64,000 bases of DNA from an uncultured Gemmatimonadales bacterium (lineage in GTDB: Bacteria; Gemmatimonadota; Gemmatimonadetes; Gemmatimonadales; GWC2-71-9): contig CAWGED010000005.1 in NCBI GenBank assembly GCA_963821525.1, positions 160,001 through 224,000 of the forward strand, given 5' to 3'. Below the pieces are notes generated by a model. That model worked only from the letters and a program-made list of their open reading frames with translations, searched no databases and had not been told where the DNA came from. This document shows positions 35,658-45,353 of this stretch, in pieces (position 1 is the first letter of the stretch; every line of letters starts with the position of its first letter). A program made the translations under genes and the position numbers.

Positions 35658-36293
35658 ATGCGGCGGTACCCGACAGTGCTTGCTGCGGCGTGCGTGTTGC
35701 TCGCCGGTCCGCTCGAGGCGCAGGTCACTGGCCTCCCCACCCGCAATGCCGGCATCCCCAGCGGCCTCAGTGTCGGAGCCGAAGTGGGCTTCCCCAACTC
35801 CGACTACGGCGATGGAACCGCGTATGGGGCACGGGGCGCGATCGGGTTCGGCACCATCGGACTCTCGGCGATCATCTCCCACTTCGATCCTGAGGGGTCG
35901 GTCGATGGCTACACCGCCCTCGGCGGCGACCTCAATCTCAAGGTCTTCGGCGGTCCATTGGTCCCGCTCTCCGTGACTTTACAGGCCGGTGCCGAATACG
36001 CCGACCCGTCGGGTCCGGGAACCGTCGTCCACGCGCCGATCGGCCTGGGTATCGCGCTCACAATTCCCAATCCCAACCTCGCCATCAGGCCCTGGATCGC
36101 TCCGCGGGTTGATGTCACCCGAGTCACTGGAAATGTCGATGAGACCAACACCAACTTCGGACTCTCGGGCGGCATCGATCTGAATTTGATTTTCGGGCTC
36201 GGCCTGACGTTCTCTTACGATCAGGTTTGGGGCGACAACGGCGTGAAGCCCTCGGTGTTCGGTGTGGGAGCCAACTGGACGTTCGGACTCTGA
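35658..36293 (+). CDS. Outer-membrane beta-barrel protein
   Basis: Signal peptide (LEA-Q), C-terminal FGVGANWTFGL. Confidence 0.75.
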   Translation: MRRYPTVLAAACVLLAGPLEAQVTGLPTRNAGIPSGLSVGAEVGFPNSDYGDGTAYGARGAIGFGTIGLSAIISHFDPEGSVDGYTALGGDLNLKVFGGPLVPLSVTLQAGAEYADPSGPGTVVHAPIGLGIALTIPNPNLAIRPWIAPRVDVTRVTGNVDETNTNFGLSGGIDLNLIFGLGLTFSYDQVWGDNGVKPSVFGVGANWTFGL

Positions 36294-36297
36294 TCGC

Positions 36298-36675
36298 GTG
36301 AATTTCCGCCTGCATCTGCCCGCCCGGATCATTCTTGCCGCGGGACTGCTCCTCGTGTCGGGCTGCGCCAACACGTTCGACGCGACACGGCTTGGCGTGC
36401 CGGTGACCATGGCATCAGGTGGCGACGCCCCCGCACAGGGCACCTCGTTCAAGGTGACCTCGCACGCCGTTTACGGTTTCTGGGGCGTGGTCCAGTTCTC
36501 TGAACCGTCGCTCAAGAAGGCCTTGAGCAGCCAGCTGGTCGGGGGAGCCGGAGTAGCCGACCTCAAAATCAAGGTCCGCAGCAGGTTTCTCGATGTGATC
36601 ATTACCGGGCTTACGCTCGGGATTATCGTGCCGCGCTCGGTGACGTTTGAAGGCGTTGTAGTCCAGCCGAAGTAA
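36298..36675 (+). CDS. Small lipoprotein (Bor/TRL-like)
   Basis: Lipobox VSGC; YGFWGVV and ITGLTLGIIVPRSV. Confidence 0.65.
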   Translation: MNFRLHLPARIILAAGLLLVSGCANTFDATRLGVPVTMASGGDAPAQGTSFKVTSHAVYGFWGVVQFSEPSLKKALSSQLVGGAGVADLKIKVRSRFLDVIITGLTLGIIVPRSVTFEGVVVQPK

Positions 36676-37957
36676 CCAGCCCCTCAACCATTCGCGCGCA
36701 GCGCTCCGCCGCTCCGCGTCCCTGATCGACCACCGCCCGGGCGACCCGTCCCGCCGCGGCCCGGGCCGCTTCATCCGTGTGCCAGGCAGTCCACGCGCGG
36801 ACGAGGTCCGCGGCTCCGGTCGCGCCTCGCCGGATGGAAAGCCCGCCTCCCTGAGCCAATAGCCGGCTCGCGTCCAGGCTCTCGTGCCAGTGGGGGCCCA
36901 CGGTCACCGGAATCGCCCAGGCCGAGGGCTCCAGTACCGAATGGAGGCCCGCGGTGCCAAACGCGCCGCCCACATGAGCAACTTTTCCTGCTCCGTACAA
37001 CCTCGCGAGCCTTCCGGAGCGATCCTCGACCATGAGGGGTGCGGGTTTGACGGCGTCCGCCACAAGCACCGGGGGAGGCAGCCCGAGTTGAGCCGCGGTG
37101 CGTTCGATCCGGTGGAGCTGACGGGATGATGGTTCGTGAGGCACCAGGATGAGCCGGGAGTCGGGGTGCTGCCGTCGCAGTGTCCTGAAAGCGCTGAGCA
37201 GCACCTGATCGTCGGAGTGCCAGGTCGATCCCCCCACGATGGTCCATGCATCCGCACCCAGGGCTAGCAGGGGGTCTTCCGGTGACACCTCGGCGACCTT
37301 GGCCGCGACGCTGTCGTAGCGCGGGTCGCCCAGCGTCTGGATTCGATCCGCTTCCACGCCAAGTTGGACGAGCCGGTCGGCATCGTCTTCCGATGCCGTT
37401 CCGACGGCGTCCAGGACAGAGTACCCCGGATGGAGCAATGCGCGGATCGGCCACCGGAGCCTGCCGCTGTGCGGCCGCACTGTCCCCGTGATCAATCCGA
37501 GCTTGATGCCACGCTGATGCGCCCTGGTGGCGAGCTCGGGCCAGATATCGACTTTGGTGAAGATCAGGACGGTGGGGGAGAGGAGGTCGAGGAACTCGGT
37601 GACGTCGTGCACCCGGTCGTAGGGGAGGTATCCGGTAACGTCGGCGGGGAGCTTCGTCAGAAGCGGTTCAGCCGAGGGACTGAAACAGCTGAAACCGATC
37701 TGCCAATCGGGCTGCAGGCGGCGGAGCTCACGCATCACCGCCTCGGCCTGGCGTGCTTCTCCCACCGATGGCGCGTGAAACCAGACCAGCGGCTTTGCCA
37801 GGTCGCGGCTCGCAGCGGCCCATTGGCGGAATCCTTCGAGACTCGCTGCGCGCCCTTCATGCCCGAGCACGATCTTCCGGCTCCAGGCCCCCGCCACCGG
37901 TGCGAGTGCGGTGCCGAGCGTGATCGCGGCGCGATAGAACGGGTTGGTTTCGGTCAA
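36623..37957 (-). CDS. waaA: 3-deoxy-D-manno-octulosonate transferase
   Basis: WFHAPSVGE, YLPYD, DIWP, GSTW, LVPHEP, GLHSVLEP. Confidence 0.9.
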   Translation of the reverse strand: MTETNPFYRAAITLGTALAPVAGAWSRKIVLGHEGRAASLEGFRQWAAASRDLAKPLVWFHAPSVGEARQAEAVMRELRRLQPDWQIGFSCFSPSAEPLLTKLPADVTGYLPYDRVHDVTEFLDLLSPTVLIFTKVDIWPELATRAHQRGIKLGLITGTVRPHSGRLRWPIRALLHPGYSVLDAVGTASEDDADRLVQLGVEADRIQTLGDPRYDSVAAKVAEVSPEDPLLALGADAWTIVGGSTWHSDDQVLLSAFRTLRRQHPDSRLILVPHEPSSRQLHRIERTAAQLGLPPPVLVADAVKPAPLMVEDRSGRLARLYGAGKVAHVGGAFGTAGLHSVLEPSAWAIPVTVGPHWHESLDASRLLAQGGGLSIRRGATGAADLVRAWTAWHTDEAARAAAGRVARAVVDQGRGAAERCARMVEGLVTSAGLQRLQTSPSAAR

Positions 37958-38007
37958 GGAACGCCGGGCGGTAAGAGCGCCGCTTTGGAGTGAGCCATCC
38001 TGTCGAC

Positions 38008-38037
38008 TTGCGAGAGCGCCCTGCCTACTGCTAAACT
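38008..38037 (+). promoter_or_regulatory. Sigma70-type promoter with extended -10
   Basis: TTGCGA-18 bp-TAAACT, with TG one base upstream of the -10. Confidence 0.6.
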
Positions 38038-38043
38038 AAGTCC

Positions 38044-38245
38044 GTTCGCCCTATGTTCCACCCTGTGAGAGGAGGTGATCCATTGTCTAGTGAGAGTTGC
38101 ATCCGTAGCTCGAGCAGGGCAAGCGATCGCCTGAGCGAGTAGCGGCGTCGAAGTGACGCCGGAGGCCCGAGGCCGATCGTCTCGAGCTCGATGACAACCG
38201 ACCGCGCCATTCCGTGAACTCACGGGGTGGCGCGGCCTGCTTTTC
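38044..38245 (+). ncRNA. Candidate structured small RNA / sORF transcript with a 13-nt complement of the 16S 3' end
   Basis: Promoter; AGGAGGTGATCCA at 38070-38082; multi-segment hairpin 38096-38198; terminator 38202-38245; ORF 38053-38142 (29 aa). Confidence 0.55.
38202..38245 (+). terminator. Intrinsic terminator
   Basis: CCGCGCCATTCCGTG-AACT-CACGGGGTGGCGCGG followed by CCTGCTTTT. Confidence 0.65.
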
Positions 38246-38286
38246 CCTCCTCAGTCCTCAGTCCTTTCCCTCATTACTTTCTTTCC

Positions 38287-39012
38287 ATGCCCTCCTACTG
38301 GTCCACCACCCGGGCCCCCCGCTACAGCCTCACCTTCGCCTTCCCATTGCTGATCCTCTACGAGTTCATGGCCCGCGGCCTGTCCGGGCCGGACGGCTCG
38401 GGGATCCGGAATGGGGCCGATGTTCTTCTCAAGAGCCTGTTCGTCCTGCTGGGCGGAGGACATGGCCTGACGATCTTCGGGGTGCTTCTGCTGGGCACCG
38501 GCATAGTCCTGGTGTGGCGAGACCGGCGGAAGAACGGGCCCATCGAGGGCCGGTACTTCGTTGGGATGCTGGCGGAGTCCGTGGTCTACGCGGTGCTGTT
38601 CGGGGTGGTGACGAGCCTGCTCACGACGCTGGTGCTTCAGGGACCGAGACTCCTGGCGCTCGGTCCAATGGAGGGACAGGGCCTCGGCACCCAGATCATG
38701 GTTTCGCTGGGTGCCGGGATCTACGAGGAATTGCTGTTCCGGGTCCTGATTGTCGGGGCGCTGTCGCGGTTTGCGATCGGGGCCTTCCAGATGAAGCCCT
38801 TTCCGGCGGGAGTCTTCGCGACGCTTCTGGGAGCGGTCATCTTCGCGGCATTTCACTATGTCGGCCCGCTGGGCGACAGCTTCGAGCTGACCTCCTTTAC
38901 CTTCCGCACCATTGCCGGCGTGTTGCTGAGCGCCCTGTATCTCGTCCGGGGCTTCGGCGTCACGGCCTGGACCCACGCGTTGTACGATGTGTTGCTGACG
39001 GTGGCGCGGTAG
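38287..39012 (+). CDS. CPBP (CAAX/Abi) intramembrane metalloprotease
   Basis: YEELLFR, FAAFHY and HALYD motifs; multiple TM helices. Confidence 0.9.
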   Translation: MPSYWSTTRAPRYSLTFAFPLLILYEFMARGLSGPDGSGIRNGADVLLKSLFVLLGGGHGLTIFGVLLLGTGIVLVWRDRRKNGPIEGRYFVGMLAESVVYAVLFGVVTSLLTTLVLQGPRLLALGPMEGQGLGTQIMVSLGAGIYEELLFRVLIVGALSRFAIGAFQMKPFPAGVFATLLGAVIFAAFHYVGPLGDSFELTSFTFRTIAGVLLSALYLVRGFGVTAWTHALYDVLLTVAR

Positions 39013-39153
39013 CGGTCGAGGTCGATGGTCGATGGTCGATGGTCAATGGTCTAAGGTCGTGAGTCTAGGGTCTTGAGTCTTGTGACCATGACTCATGACC
39101 CAAGACCTATGACCAACGACCTATCGACTATCGACTATCGACTATTGACTATC
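39013..39153. repeat. Heptamer (GGTCGAT/ATCGACT) stutter inverted repeat filling a convergent intergenic gap
   Basis: About 9 units per arm; the right arm runs into the DsbA stop codon. Confidence 0.8.
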
Positions 39154-39776
39154 ACCCTTCACCCCCGTCCTCACCTTCCACAACGAATCCAGAATGTGCC
39201 GGTAGGTTTCGAGGGGTGCGGCTCCCTTGAGTAGTCCGGCTCCCTCGATGTAGACCGTCGGCGTGCTGGAGACGCCGGAGCGGGCGGCCGAATTGGCTTC
39301 GCTCTGGATGAGGCCCGGGTTTCCTGCTTCTGGAGACAGGAAACAATCGAGTCTCGCGGCACGCCGGCCGAGTCGGCGAGCGTGAGGAGAAACGGCGCCG
39401 GATCCTTGAGCGGGGCCCACTTGGACTGGTACTGGAAGAGCAGGTCGTGGATCGGCCAGAAATGATCGGCCTTGGCGGCGCACATCGCGAACTCGGCGGC
39501 CGCCCCCGCGTTGGGATGGAGATCGGTGATCGGGAAGTTCACGAAGATCCAGCGCACTTTTCCGGTCGAGATGAATTCCTGTTCCAACTGCGGCAGCACT
39601 TCCATGGCCTGCTTCCGGCACCAGGGACACTGGAAGTCTGACATTTCGTAGACCGTGACCGGCGCCGTCGGCGAACCCTTGGTTCGTGCGGCAACCAGGC
39701 CCGGATCCTTGAGCTGCGCCGCGGCGCTCGTGAAGCCGCCGATCGTCAGCAAGAGCGCCAGCATCGGAATTCGCAT
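39142..39776 (-). CDS. DsbA-family thioredoxin (frameshift ~39320)
   Basis: Signal peptide, SDFQCPWC, GVSSTPT cis-Pro loop. Confidence 0.9.
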
Positions 39777-39777
39777 G

Positions 39778-40524
39778 TTAGTACCTCGACTGCCGCTTTC
39801 CCGTCGTGCGATCGAGCACGATCTTGCCACTGCGGATCGGGACATTCCAGTACCATTCTGCGTTGGGATCGTCGGCCACCCACGAACGAGCGTACACCCA
39901 CCAGTCGCCATTCGGCAACCGGATCGTCACCGAACCATCGGCGCCCGTCGTGTCTGGAATCGGCTGGCGTCCAACTACATTGTTGAGCCGGTCGACGATA
40001 CTGTCGTAGCCCTTATAGGTGCTATCTTGCCAACGGCTCATCAGTTCGCGGAGGCTGTCGATCGGCGCGGCCAGCGTGTCGCGAGCCTTCTTGAGCTGGA
40101 GTTGTGCCGCGTCGCGCCGCTTGGCGAAGTCGGCGAGCGAGTCGGAGAGGGTGTTGAAGTGCCGGTAAAGGAACGCGTAGTCCGGTGCCGACCGCGGCAT
40201 TGAATCGAGCCGGACCTTGAGGCGTGCGAGGGAATCCTGGGTGCGGGTCACGGCCAGCGACGCAGTGACGTAGGCGTGGAACGGCTTCTGGAAGGCATGG
40301 AACAGCGTATCCAGTCGCTGCTTGATCCGTGTCGGCGGGGTGGCCTTGGCCTCGAGCAGGGCGATGATGCTGTCCCGGTCGTAGGAGAGTACGATCAGTG
40401 GTAGGTTCGCCACCGGCGCGTCAACAGAATCGGGGCCGGGAATGGCGACGTCTACACGGACTTCCCGGCCGCCGCAGGCGGCCAGAACCAGAGCGAGCGT
40501 GATCAAACAGCGGGGCACAGGCAA
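39778..40524 (-). CDS. Hypothetical lipoprotein with coiled-coil insert
   Basis: Lipobox LAAC; C-terminal WWVYAR...EWYWNVP. Confidence 0.75.
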   Translation of the reverse strand: MPVPRCLITLALVLAACGGREVRVDVAIPGPDSVDAPVANLPLIVLSYDRDSIIALLEAKATPPTRIKQRLDTLFHAFQKPFHAYVTASLAVTRTQDSLARLKVRLDSMPRSAPDYAFLYRHFNTLSDSLADFAKRRDAAQLQLKKARDTLAAPIDSLRELMSRWQDSTYKGYDSIVDRLNNVVGRQPIPDTTGADGSVTIRLPNGDWWVYARSWVADDPNAEWYWNVPIRSGKIVLDRTTGKRQSRY

Positions 40525-40528
40525 CCGG

Positions 40529-41402
40529 GTGAGGGGGACCGAAGGGGTATTCGGGCCGGGGAAAGCTAGGCGAGTCCTGGGGTTGCTTCAACTCATCCCG
40601 GCGCTGCTCGTGGCACAGCAGAGCGGCGGAATCGACTCGCTCTTTCCCGCGCGCCCCACCGGGTACCTCACCGACGTTGCTGGCGTCGTGGATCAACCGT
40701 CGGCCTCCCGGATCGAAGACCTTGCCGCCCGCCTCCGGACCGCCACGGGCGCTGAGCTCGCCGTGGTTACCCTCCCCACTCAAGGACGCTACGAAACCTC
40801 CGAGCTTGCCCTGGCCATCGGTCGGGCTTGGGGCGTGGGGGCCAAGGCCGAGATCGGCGACCAGCGCCGCAACGCGGGCCTGGTACTCCTCGTCGTGCCG
40901 AAACGCGAAGGACAAAAGGGCGGGCTCTACCTCGCCACCGGGCGCGGAGTCGAGGGCATCGTCACCGATGCCACCGCCGGCCGGATTCTGGATCTCATGA
41001 TCCCGCAGCTCCGACAGGGTGAATACGGGCCCGGCGCTCGTCACCGGCACCGAGGCGATCGCAAGCACCGTCGCCAAGGGCTTCGGTGTCACCGACTCCG
41101 CCCTCACCGCGGCCGATCCCTTCAAGAGCTCCGGGGGCGGTGAGGGCGGCATTCCGGGCTGGGTGATTCCGGTTCTGTTCATCCTCGTGTTCTTTGTTCT
41201 GCCCATGTTGGCGCGCGCCGGTCGCGGCCGCGGTGGTCGAGGGGGTAGAGGCGGCCCCCCGATTTACTGGGGACCGGGCTGGGGTGGCGGTGGCTGGGGC
41301 GGTGGCTTTGGCGGTGGAGGTTTTGGTGGTGGTGGGGGAGGATTCGGCGGCTTTGGTGGTGGCGGCGGGTTCAGTGGTGGCGGTGCGGGAAGGAGCTTCT
41401 GA
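40529..41402 (+). CDS. TPM-domain protein with Gly-rich tail (frameshift ~41030; start uncertain)
   Basis: YLTDVAGVV, ELAVVT, WGVG, TGRGVEG, GGGGFSGGGAGRSF. Confidence 0.88.
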
Positions 41403-42124
41403 TGAGCAACGACGTCGAGCAACTGCTCCAGTCATTTCTCACTCGGGCCGATCAGGCAGGGTTGGGCAACTACGTTGCCGTACTCTACGGTTCCCATGCC
41501 CGGGGGCATGCGCTGCCCCGCCGGTCGGACGTGAACCTGCTCCTGATTCTGGACCAGGTAGACGCTGCGAGGCTGCGAGCATTGGGCCCCGCGTTCAGCG
41601 AATGGGAGGCGGCCGGGCAACCGCCACCAATAATTCTATCGAAGGTGGACTGGGAGCGGTCGGCCGACGCGTTCCCGCTCGAGATCTCCGACATGGCGTT
41701 GGCATACCGGGTCCTCAGGGGAGACAATCCGCTCGCGAGCATCGCCGTGGATCGCGCCGACCTCCGACGCGCGCTGGAGCGGGAGCTGCGCGGCAAGATG
41801 CTCCGGCTGAGACAAGCCTACGCCACGTTCACCGGCAAAGGGGACCGCCTGGCGGAGCTGGCGCAGGGTAGCGCGGGAGTCATCCAGTTTCTCTTCCGGA
41901 TGCTGGTCAGTGTCGCCGGGGAAGCTCCCCCGGGAGACGCCCAGCAGGCGGCGGCCGCGGCGGGCCGGCTTGCCGGCTTCGATCCCGCCGCCACCCAGAC
42001 AGTCTTCGCCCATCGGGGCGACCCCAATTGGCGCTGTAGCGACGAGGATTTCGTAGGGTATCTTCACGCGGTGGAAGCGGCCGCGCGCTTTGTGGACCAA
42101 CTTCAGACTGGAGAGCGGAGATGA
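41402..42124 (+). CDS. Nucleotidyltransferase-like protein
   Basis: VLYGSHARG...SDVNLL, DAFPLEISDM. Confidence 0.75.
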   Translation: MSNDVEQLLQSFLTRADQAGLGNYVAVLYGSHARGHALPRRSDVNLLLILDQVDAARLRALGPAFSEWEAAGQPPPIILSKVDWERSADAFPLEISDMALAYRVLRGDNPLASIAVDRADLRRALERELRGKMLRLRQAYATFTGKGDRLAELAQGSAGVIQFLFRMLVSVAGEAPPGDAQQAAAAAGRLAGFDPAATQTVFAHRGDPNWRCSDEDFVGYLHAVEAAARFVDQLQTGERR

Positions 42125-42684
42125 TGCGGTACCTTCGGCTGTCTCTGTTGCTGCTCGCGGTGACGGCCACTGGCTGCGGCTATAACAGGATCCAGGCAAT
42201 GGACGAGCAGGTCAATTCCGCCAAGGGACAGATTGCGGCCCAGCTGCAGCGGCGGGCCGACCTGATCCCGAACCTGGTGGAAACGGTGAAGGGCTACGCC
42301 AAGCACGAAGAGACGATCTTCACCGAAGTCGCCAACGCGCGGGCCAAGCTCGCGGGCAGCGTGCAGTCGGGGAATGTCGAGGAGATGGCGCAGGCCAACC
42401 AGGCCATGAACGGCTCGCTGGGACGCCTCCTCGCGATCGCCGAGAACTATCCGCAGCTCAAGGCTGATCAGAACTTCCGCCAGTTTGCCGACGAGCTGGC
42501 CGGCACCGAGAACCGGATCTCCGTGGCTCGGCAGGACTACAATACCGCGGCGCAGCAGTACAACACCTTCATCCGCACCTTCCCCTACAACCTCACGGCG
42601 AAGGTCTTCGGCGCCGGGGGACCCAAGCCCTACTTTGAGGCGAAGGAGGGGGCGGAGGAGGCGCCGTCTGTGAAGTTCAATTAG
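42121..42684 (+). CDS. lemA: LemA family protein
   Basis: GCGYN, QRRADLIPNLVETVKGYAKHE, ENYPQLKA, GTENRI. Confidence 0.95.
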   Translation: MMRYLRLSLLLLAVTATGCGYNRIQAMDEQVNSAKGQIAAQLQRRADLIPNLVETVKGYAKHEETIFTEVANARAKLAGSVQSGNVEEMAQANQAMNGSLGRLLAIAENYPQLKADQNFRQFADELAGTENRISVARQDYNTAAQQYNTFIRTFPYNLTAKVFGAGGPKPYFEAKEGAEEAPSVKFN

Positions 42685-42688
42685 TCGG

Positions 42689-42801
42689 GAGCTGTTAGCT
42701 GTTAGCTATTGGCGGTCAGAAACTAAGAACCCTCCGGGGACACACCGGAGGGTTCGCTTTTCTGGGAGCTGCTAACAGCTAATCGCTAACAGCTAGCCGC
42801 T
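42689..42801. repeat. GCTAACA heptamer inverted repeat enclosing a terminator hairpin
   Basis: GCTGTTAGCTGTTAGCTATT...GCTAACAGCTAATCGCTAACAGC around GAACCCTCCGG/CCGGAGGGTTC (42727-42755). Confidence 0.75.
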
Positions 42802-43720
42802 AGTCCACCACAACCTGCGGCAGCACGTACCGCAGCGGATCGACCGGCTGGCCACGCACGTGGACCTCGTAGTGGAGGTGCGGGCCGGTGGCGAGGCCGG
42901 TATTCCCCACCTGGGCGATCAGGTCGCCCCGCTTCACCCGCTGGCCCTGGTGCACCAGAATCTTCGAGCAGTGGGCGAACTTGGTGGTAATCCCATAGCC
43001 GTGATCGATCTCGACCGTGTTCCCATAGCCGGTTTCCCAGCCGGTGGAAATCACTACGCCCGCGCCGGGGGACTGGATGGGGGCGCCGAGGGGGGCCTGC
43101 ACATCGATGCCCTCGTGCGGCCGCGCGTAGTGCAGGATGGGATGCTCCCGCATCGAGGCAAATGCACTCGTGAGCCAGCCCGTGGTGGGCATGATGGACG
43201 GCATCGCCACCAGCCGATCGCGGTGGGCGGAGATGCTGTCCGTGGCTTCTTTGAACGAGAAGGCCAGCAGGTTGGCCCGACGGATCAGGCCGGCCAGATC
43301 CACCCGGACCTCCTCGGCCCGGCGGGCGAGCACGTTGATCGGCCGCGCGATCGCACCCTCGGGGGCCGGGCCACCGATACCGGCCTGCTGCACCTGGGGA
43401 TCGTTGGGCTCCAGGTTCGCCATCAGGCGAATCTTGGCGTCTCGCTGGGCGATGAGGCGCAGGGTATCCGACAGGACGTCGACCTTGCCGTTGAGCTGGC
43501 CGATCTGCTCGGCCAAGTCGGCGTTTTCACGCTGGAGGGCGGAACTCCGCTGGAGACTGACGCTTCGTGAAACGGTGGCGTAGCCGAGAAGGAGGGCGGA
43601 AAGGACGAGGACCACACCGAAGCCGGCTGCGATCTTCAGCAGCGCCTGAGATACCTCGACTGCTTTCGAGGCACCTGAGCCAGGTGGCACGATGACAAGA
43701 GTCCACTTCCGTTCGCCCAT
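42800..43720 (-). CDS. M23 family metallopeptidase
   Basis: HEGIDV, GYGN, TGPHLHYEV; N-terminal TM and coiled coil. Confidence 0.93.
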   Translation of the reverse strand: MGERKWTLVIVPPGSGASKAVEVSQALLKIAAGFGVVLVLSALLLGYATVSRSVSLQRSSALQRENADLAEQIGQLNGKVDVLSDTLRLIAQRDAKIRLMANLEPNDPQVQQAGIGGPAPEGAIARPINVLARRAEEVRVDLAGLIRRANLLAFSFKEATDSISAHRDRLVAMPSIMPTTGWLTSAFASMREHPILHYARPHEGIDVQAPLGAPIQSPGAGVVISTGWETGYGNTVEIDHGYGITTKFAHCSKILVHQGQRVKRGDLIAQVGNTGLATGPHLHYEVHVRGQPVDPLRYVLPQVVVD

Positions 43721-43829
43721 TCGCCTGCCTTAGCTAAGCTGTTGGAGTTGTGTGAATAAGCTGGCGTTATAATGCTCCTCGGTCCCAGGCATGTCAAGGT
43801 ACAAGACGACACGTTCAAGTGTTTGACTG

Positions 43830-45353
43830 TCAAGTTTTTACTATGGCTAACTTGGGGAAAAGTCCGGCGGGTTTTCTGACCTGCAGGCCGGCCACTTTGG
43901 GGCGCTCCAGCCCCTGAATCCGGCTCTTTTCGGCCCGGCCCTCCAAGCCCAGGTGGGTCCAAAGCTCCTCGGCCTTCCCGGGAAGGAACGGGGAGGTGAG
44001 GACCGCGAGCCGGAAGAGACAGCGGGCCAGCGCGGCAAGGGTGGCATCGAGTTCCGTCTCCTTGCCCTCCTTGGCCAAGGTCCAGGGGGCGCGCTGGACG
44101 ATGAACTGGTTCGCCTCCCCTACCAGGGTCCAGGCAGCCTCGGCGCCACCCTTGAGGTCGGTGGCATCCATGGCCTTCCGGTAGGCGGCCAGCGCCGCCG
44201 CTCCAGCTGCATCCAAGGGCGTATCCGCTCCTTCGGGCACCACTCCGGCCCGGTACTTCTCGATCATGGCGAGAGAGCGTGAGGCGAGATTCCCAAGTCC
44301 GTCGGCCAGGTCGCTGTTGTAGCGCGCGTCGAATCGCTCCCAGCTGAATTCTCCGTCTCCGGAGAACCCGACCTCACGTAAAAGGAAGTAGCGCAGCGCA
44401 TCCGGTCCGTGGTGGGCGATTGCCTCCGACAACTCGAGCCGCACCCCGGCGCTCTTGGAGAAGCGGTCGCCACCGAGATAAATGAAGCCATGGGCCCAGA
44501 CCTGTTCCGGCAATGCTTCACCGGCAGCCTCGAGCATCGCGGGCCAGATCACCGTGTGGAACCGGGTGATGTCCTTGCCGACCACGTGAATCTGGGCGGG
44601 CCAGCTGGCGCGGGAATTGGGGAATCGCTGCGCGGTCCAGTAGTTCGGCAGGGCGTCGAACCAGACGTAGGTGGTTTGGGTCTCGCCGTCGCTGGTCGGA
44701 CGGGGGAAGGGTACACCCCAGCTGAAGCGGCTGCGGCTCGCCGAGACGTCCTCCAGCCCTTCTCTCAGGAGTCCGAGAATTTCGTTGCGGCGGATCTCCG
44801 GCTGGACGAACTCCGGTTTCCTGGCGAGCAGATCCTCGAGGAACTTCTGGTAGCGGGAGAGCCGGAAGAACCAGTTCCGCTCCTCGACCAGCTCGAGGGT
44901 CCGGGTGGGATGCAGCGCGCAGTGCCCGTCCACGATGTCCGCTTCGGTCTTGAACGACTCACATCCGACGCAATAAAGCCCGGAGTACGACTTCTCGTAA
45001 AAGTCATCCGGGTTCCGCGCGAAGATCTTCTCGATCAGCTCACGCACCCCCGCCTTGTGCTCGGGGGCGGTGGTGCGAATGAACTGGTCGTAGCTGATGT
45101 TGAGCTCCGCCCAGGTGCGCTGGAAGGACGTTGCCACCTGATCCACCAGGGCCTGAGGAGTGATGCCCTGGTCGGCCGCGGTCTGGGCCACCTTCTGGCC
45201 GTGCTCGTCCATGCCGATGAGGAACCAGACGTCGTCCCCCTTCAGCCGGTGATATCGCGCGATGCAGTCGGCGCCGACCTTTTCGAAGGCGTGACCCATG
45301 TGAGGGTCGCCATTCGCATAGTCGATCGCAGTCGTAATGAAGAAGTGACCCAC
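43830..45353 (-). CDS. metG: Methionyl-tRNA synthetase (short form)
   Basis: YANGDPHMGH, DEHGQK, YVWFDAL, GKDITRFH, RFSKS. Confidence 0.95.
   Translation of the reverse strand: MGHFFITTAIDYANGDPHMGHAFEKVGADCIARYHRLKGDDVWFLIGMDEHGQKVAQTAADQGITPQALVDQVATSFQRTWAELNISYDQFIRTTAPEHKAGVRELIEKIFARNPDDFYEKSYSGLYCVGCESFKTEADIVDGHCALHPTRTLELVEERNWFFRLSRYQKFLEDLLARKPEFVQPEIRRNEILGLLREGLEDVSASRSRFSWGVPFPRPTSDGETQTTYVWFDALPNYWTAQRFPNSRASWPAQIHVVGKDITRFHTVIWPAMLEAAGEALPEQVWAHGFIYLGGDRFSKSAGVRLELSEAIAHHGPDALRYFLLREVGFSGDGEFSWERFDARYNSDLADGLGNLASRSLAMIEKYRAGVVPEGADTPLDAAGAAALAAYRKAMDATDLKGGAEAAWTLVGEANQFIVQRAPWTLAKEGKETELDATLAALARCLFRLAVLTSPFLPGKAEELWTHLGLEGRAEKSRIQGLERPKVAGLQVRKPAGLFPKLAIVKT

Noticed and set aside
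38070..38082. 16S rRNA gene fragment on the minus strand
   Set aside because: The match stops at 13 nt with no helix-45 sequence; treated as an SD-like motif instead.
39013..39153. Stutter repeats as a CRISPR array
   Set aside because: Units are 7-9 bp with no unique spacers, and there are no cas genes.
41280..41400. GGT/GGC microsatellite
   Set aside because: Encodes the normal Gly-rich tail of TPM-domain proteins.
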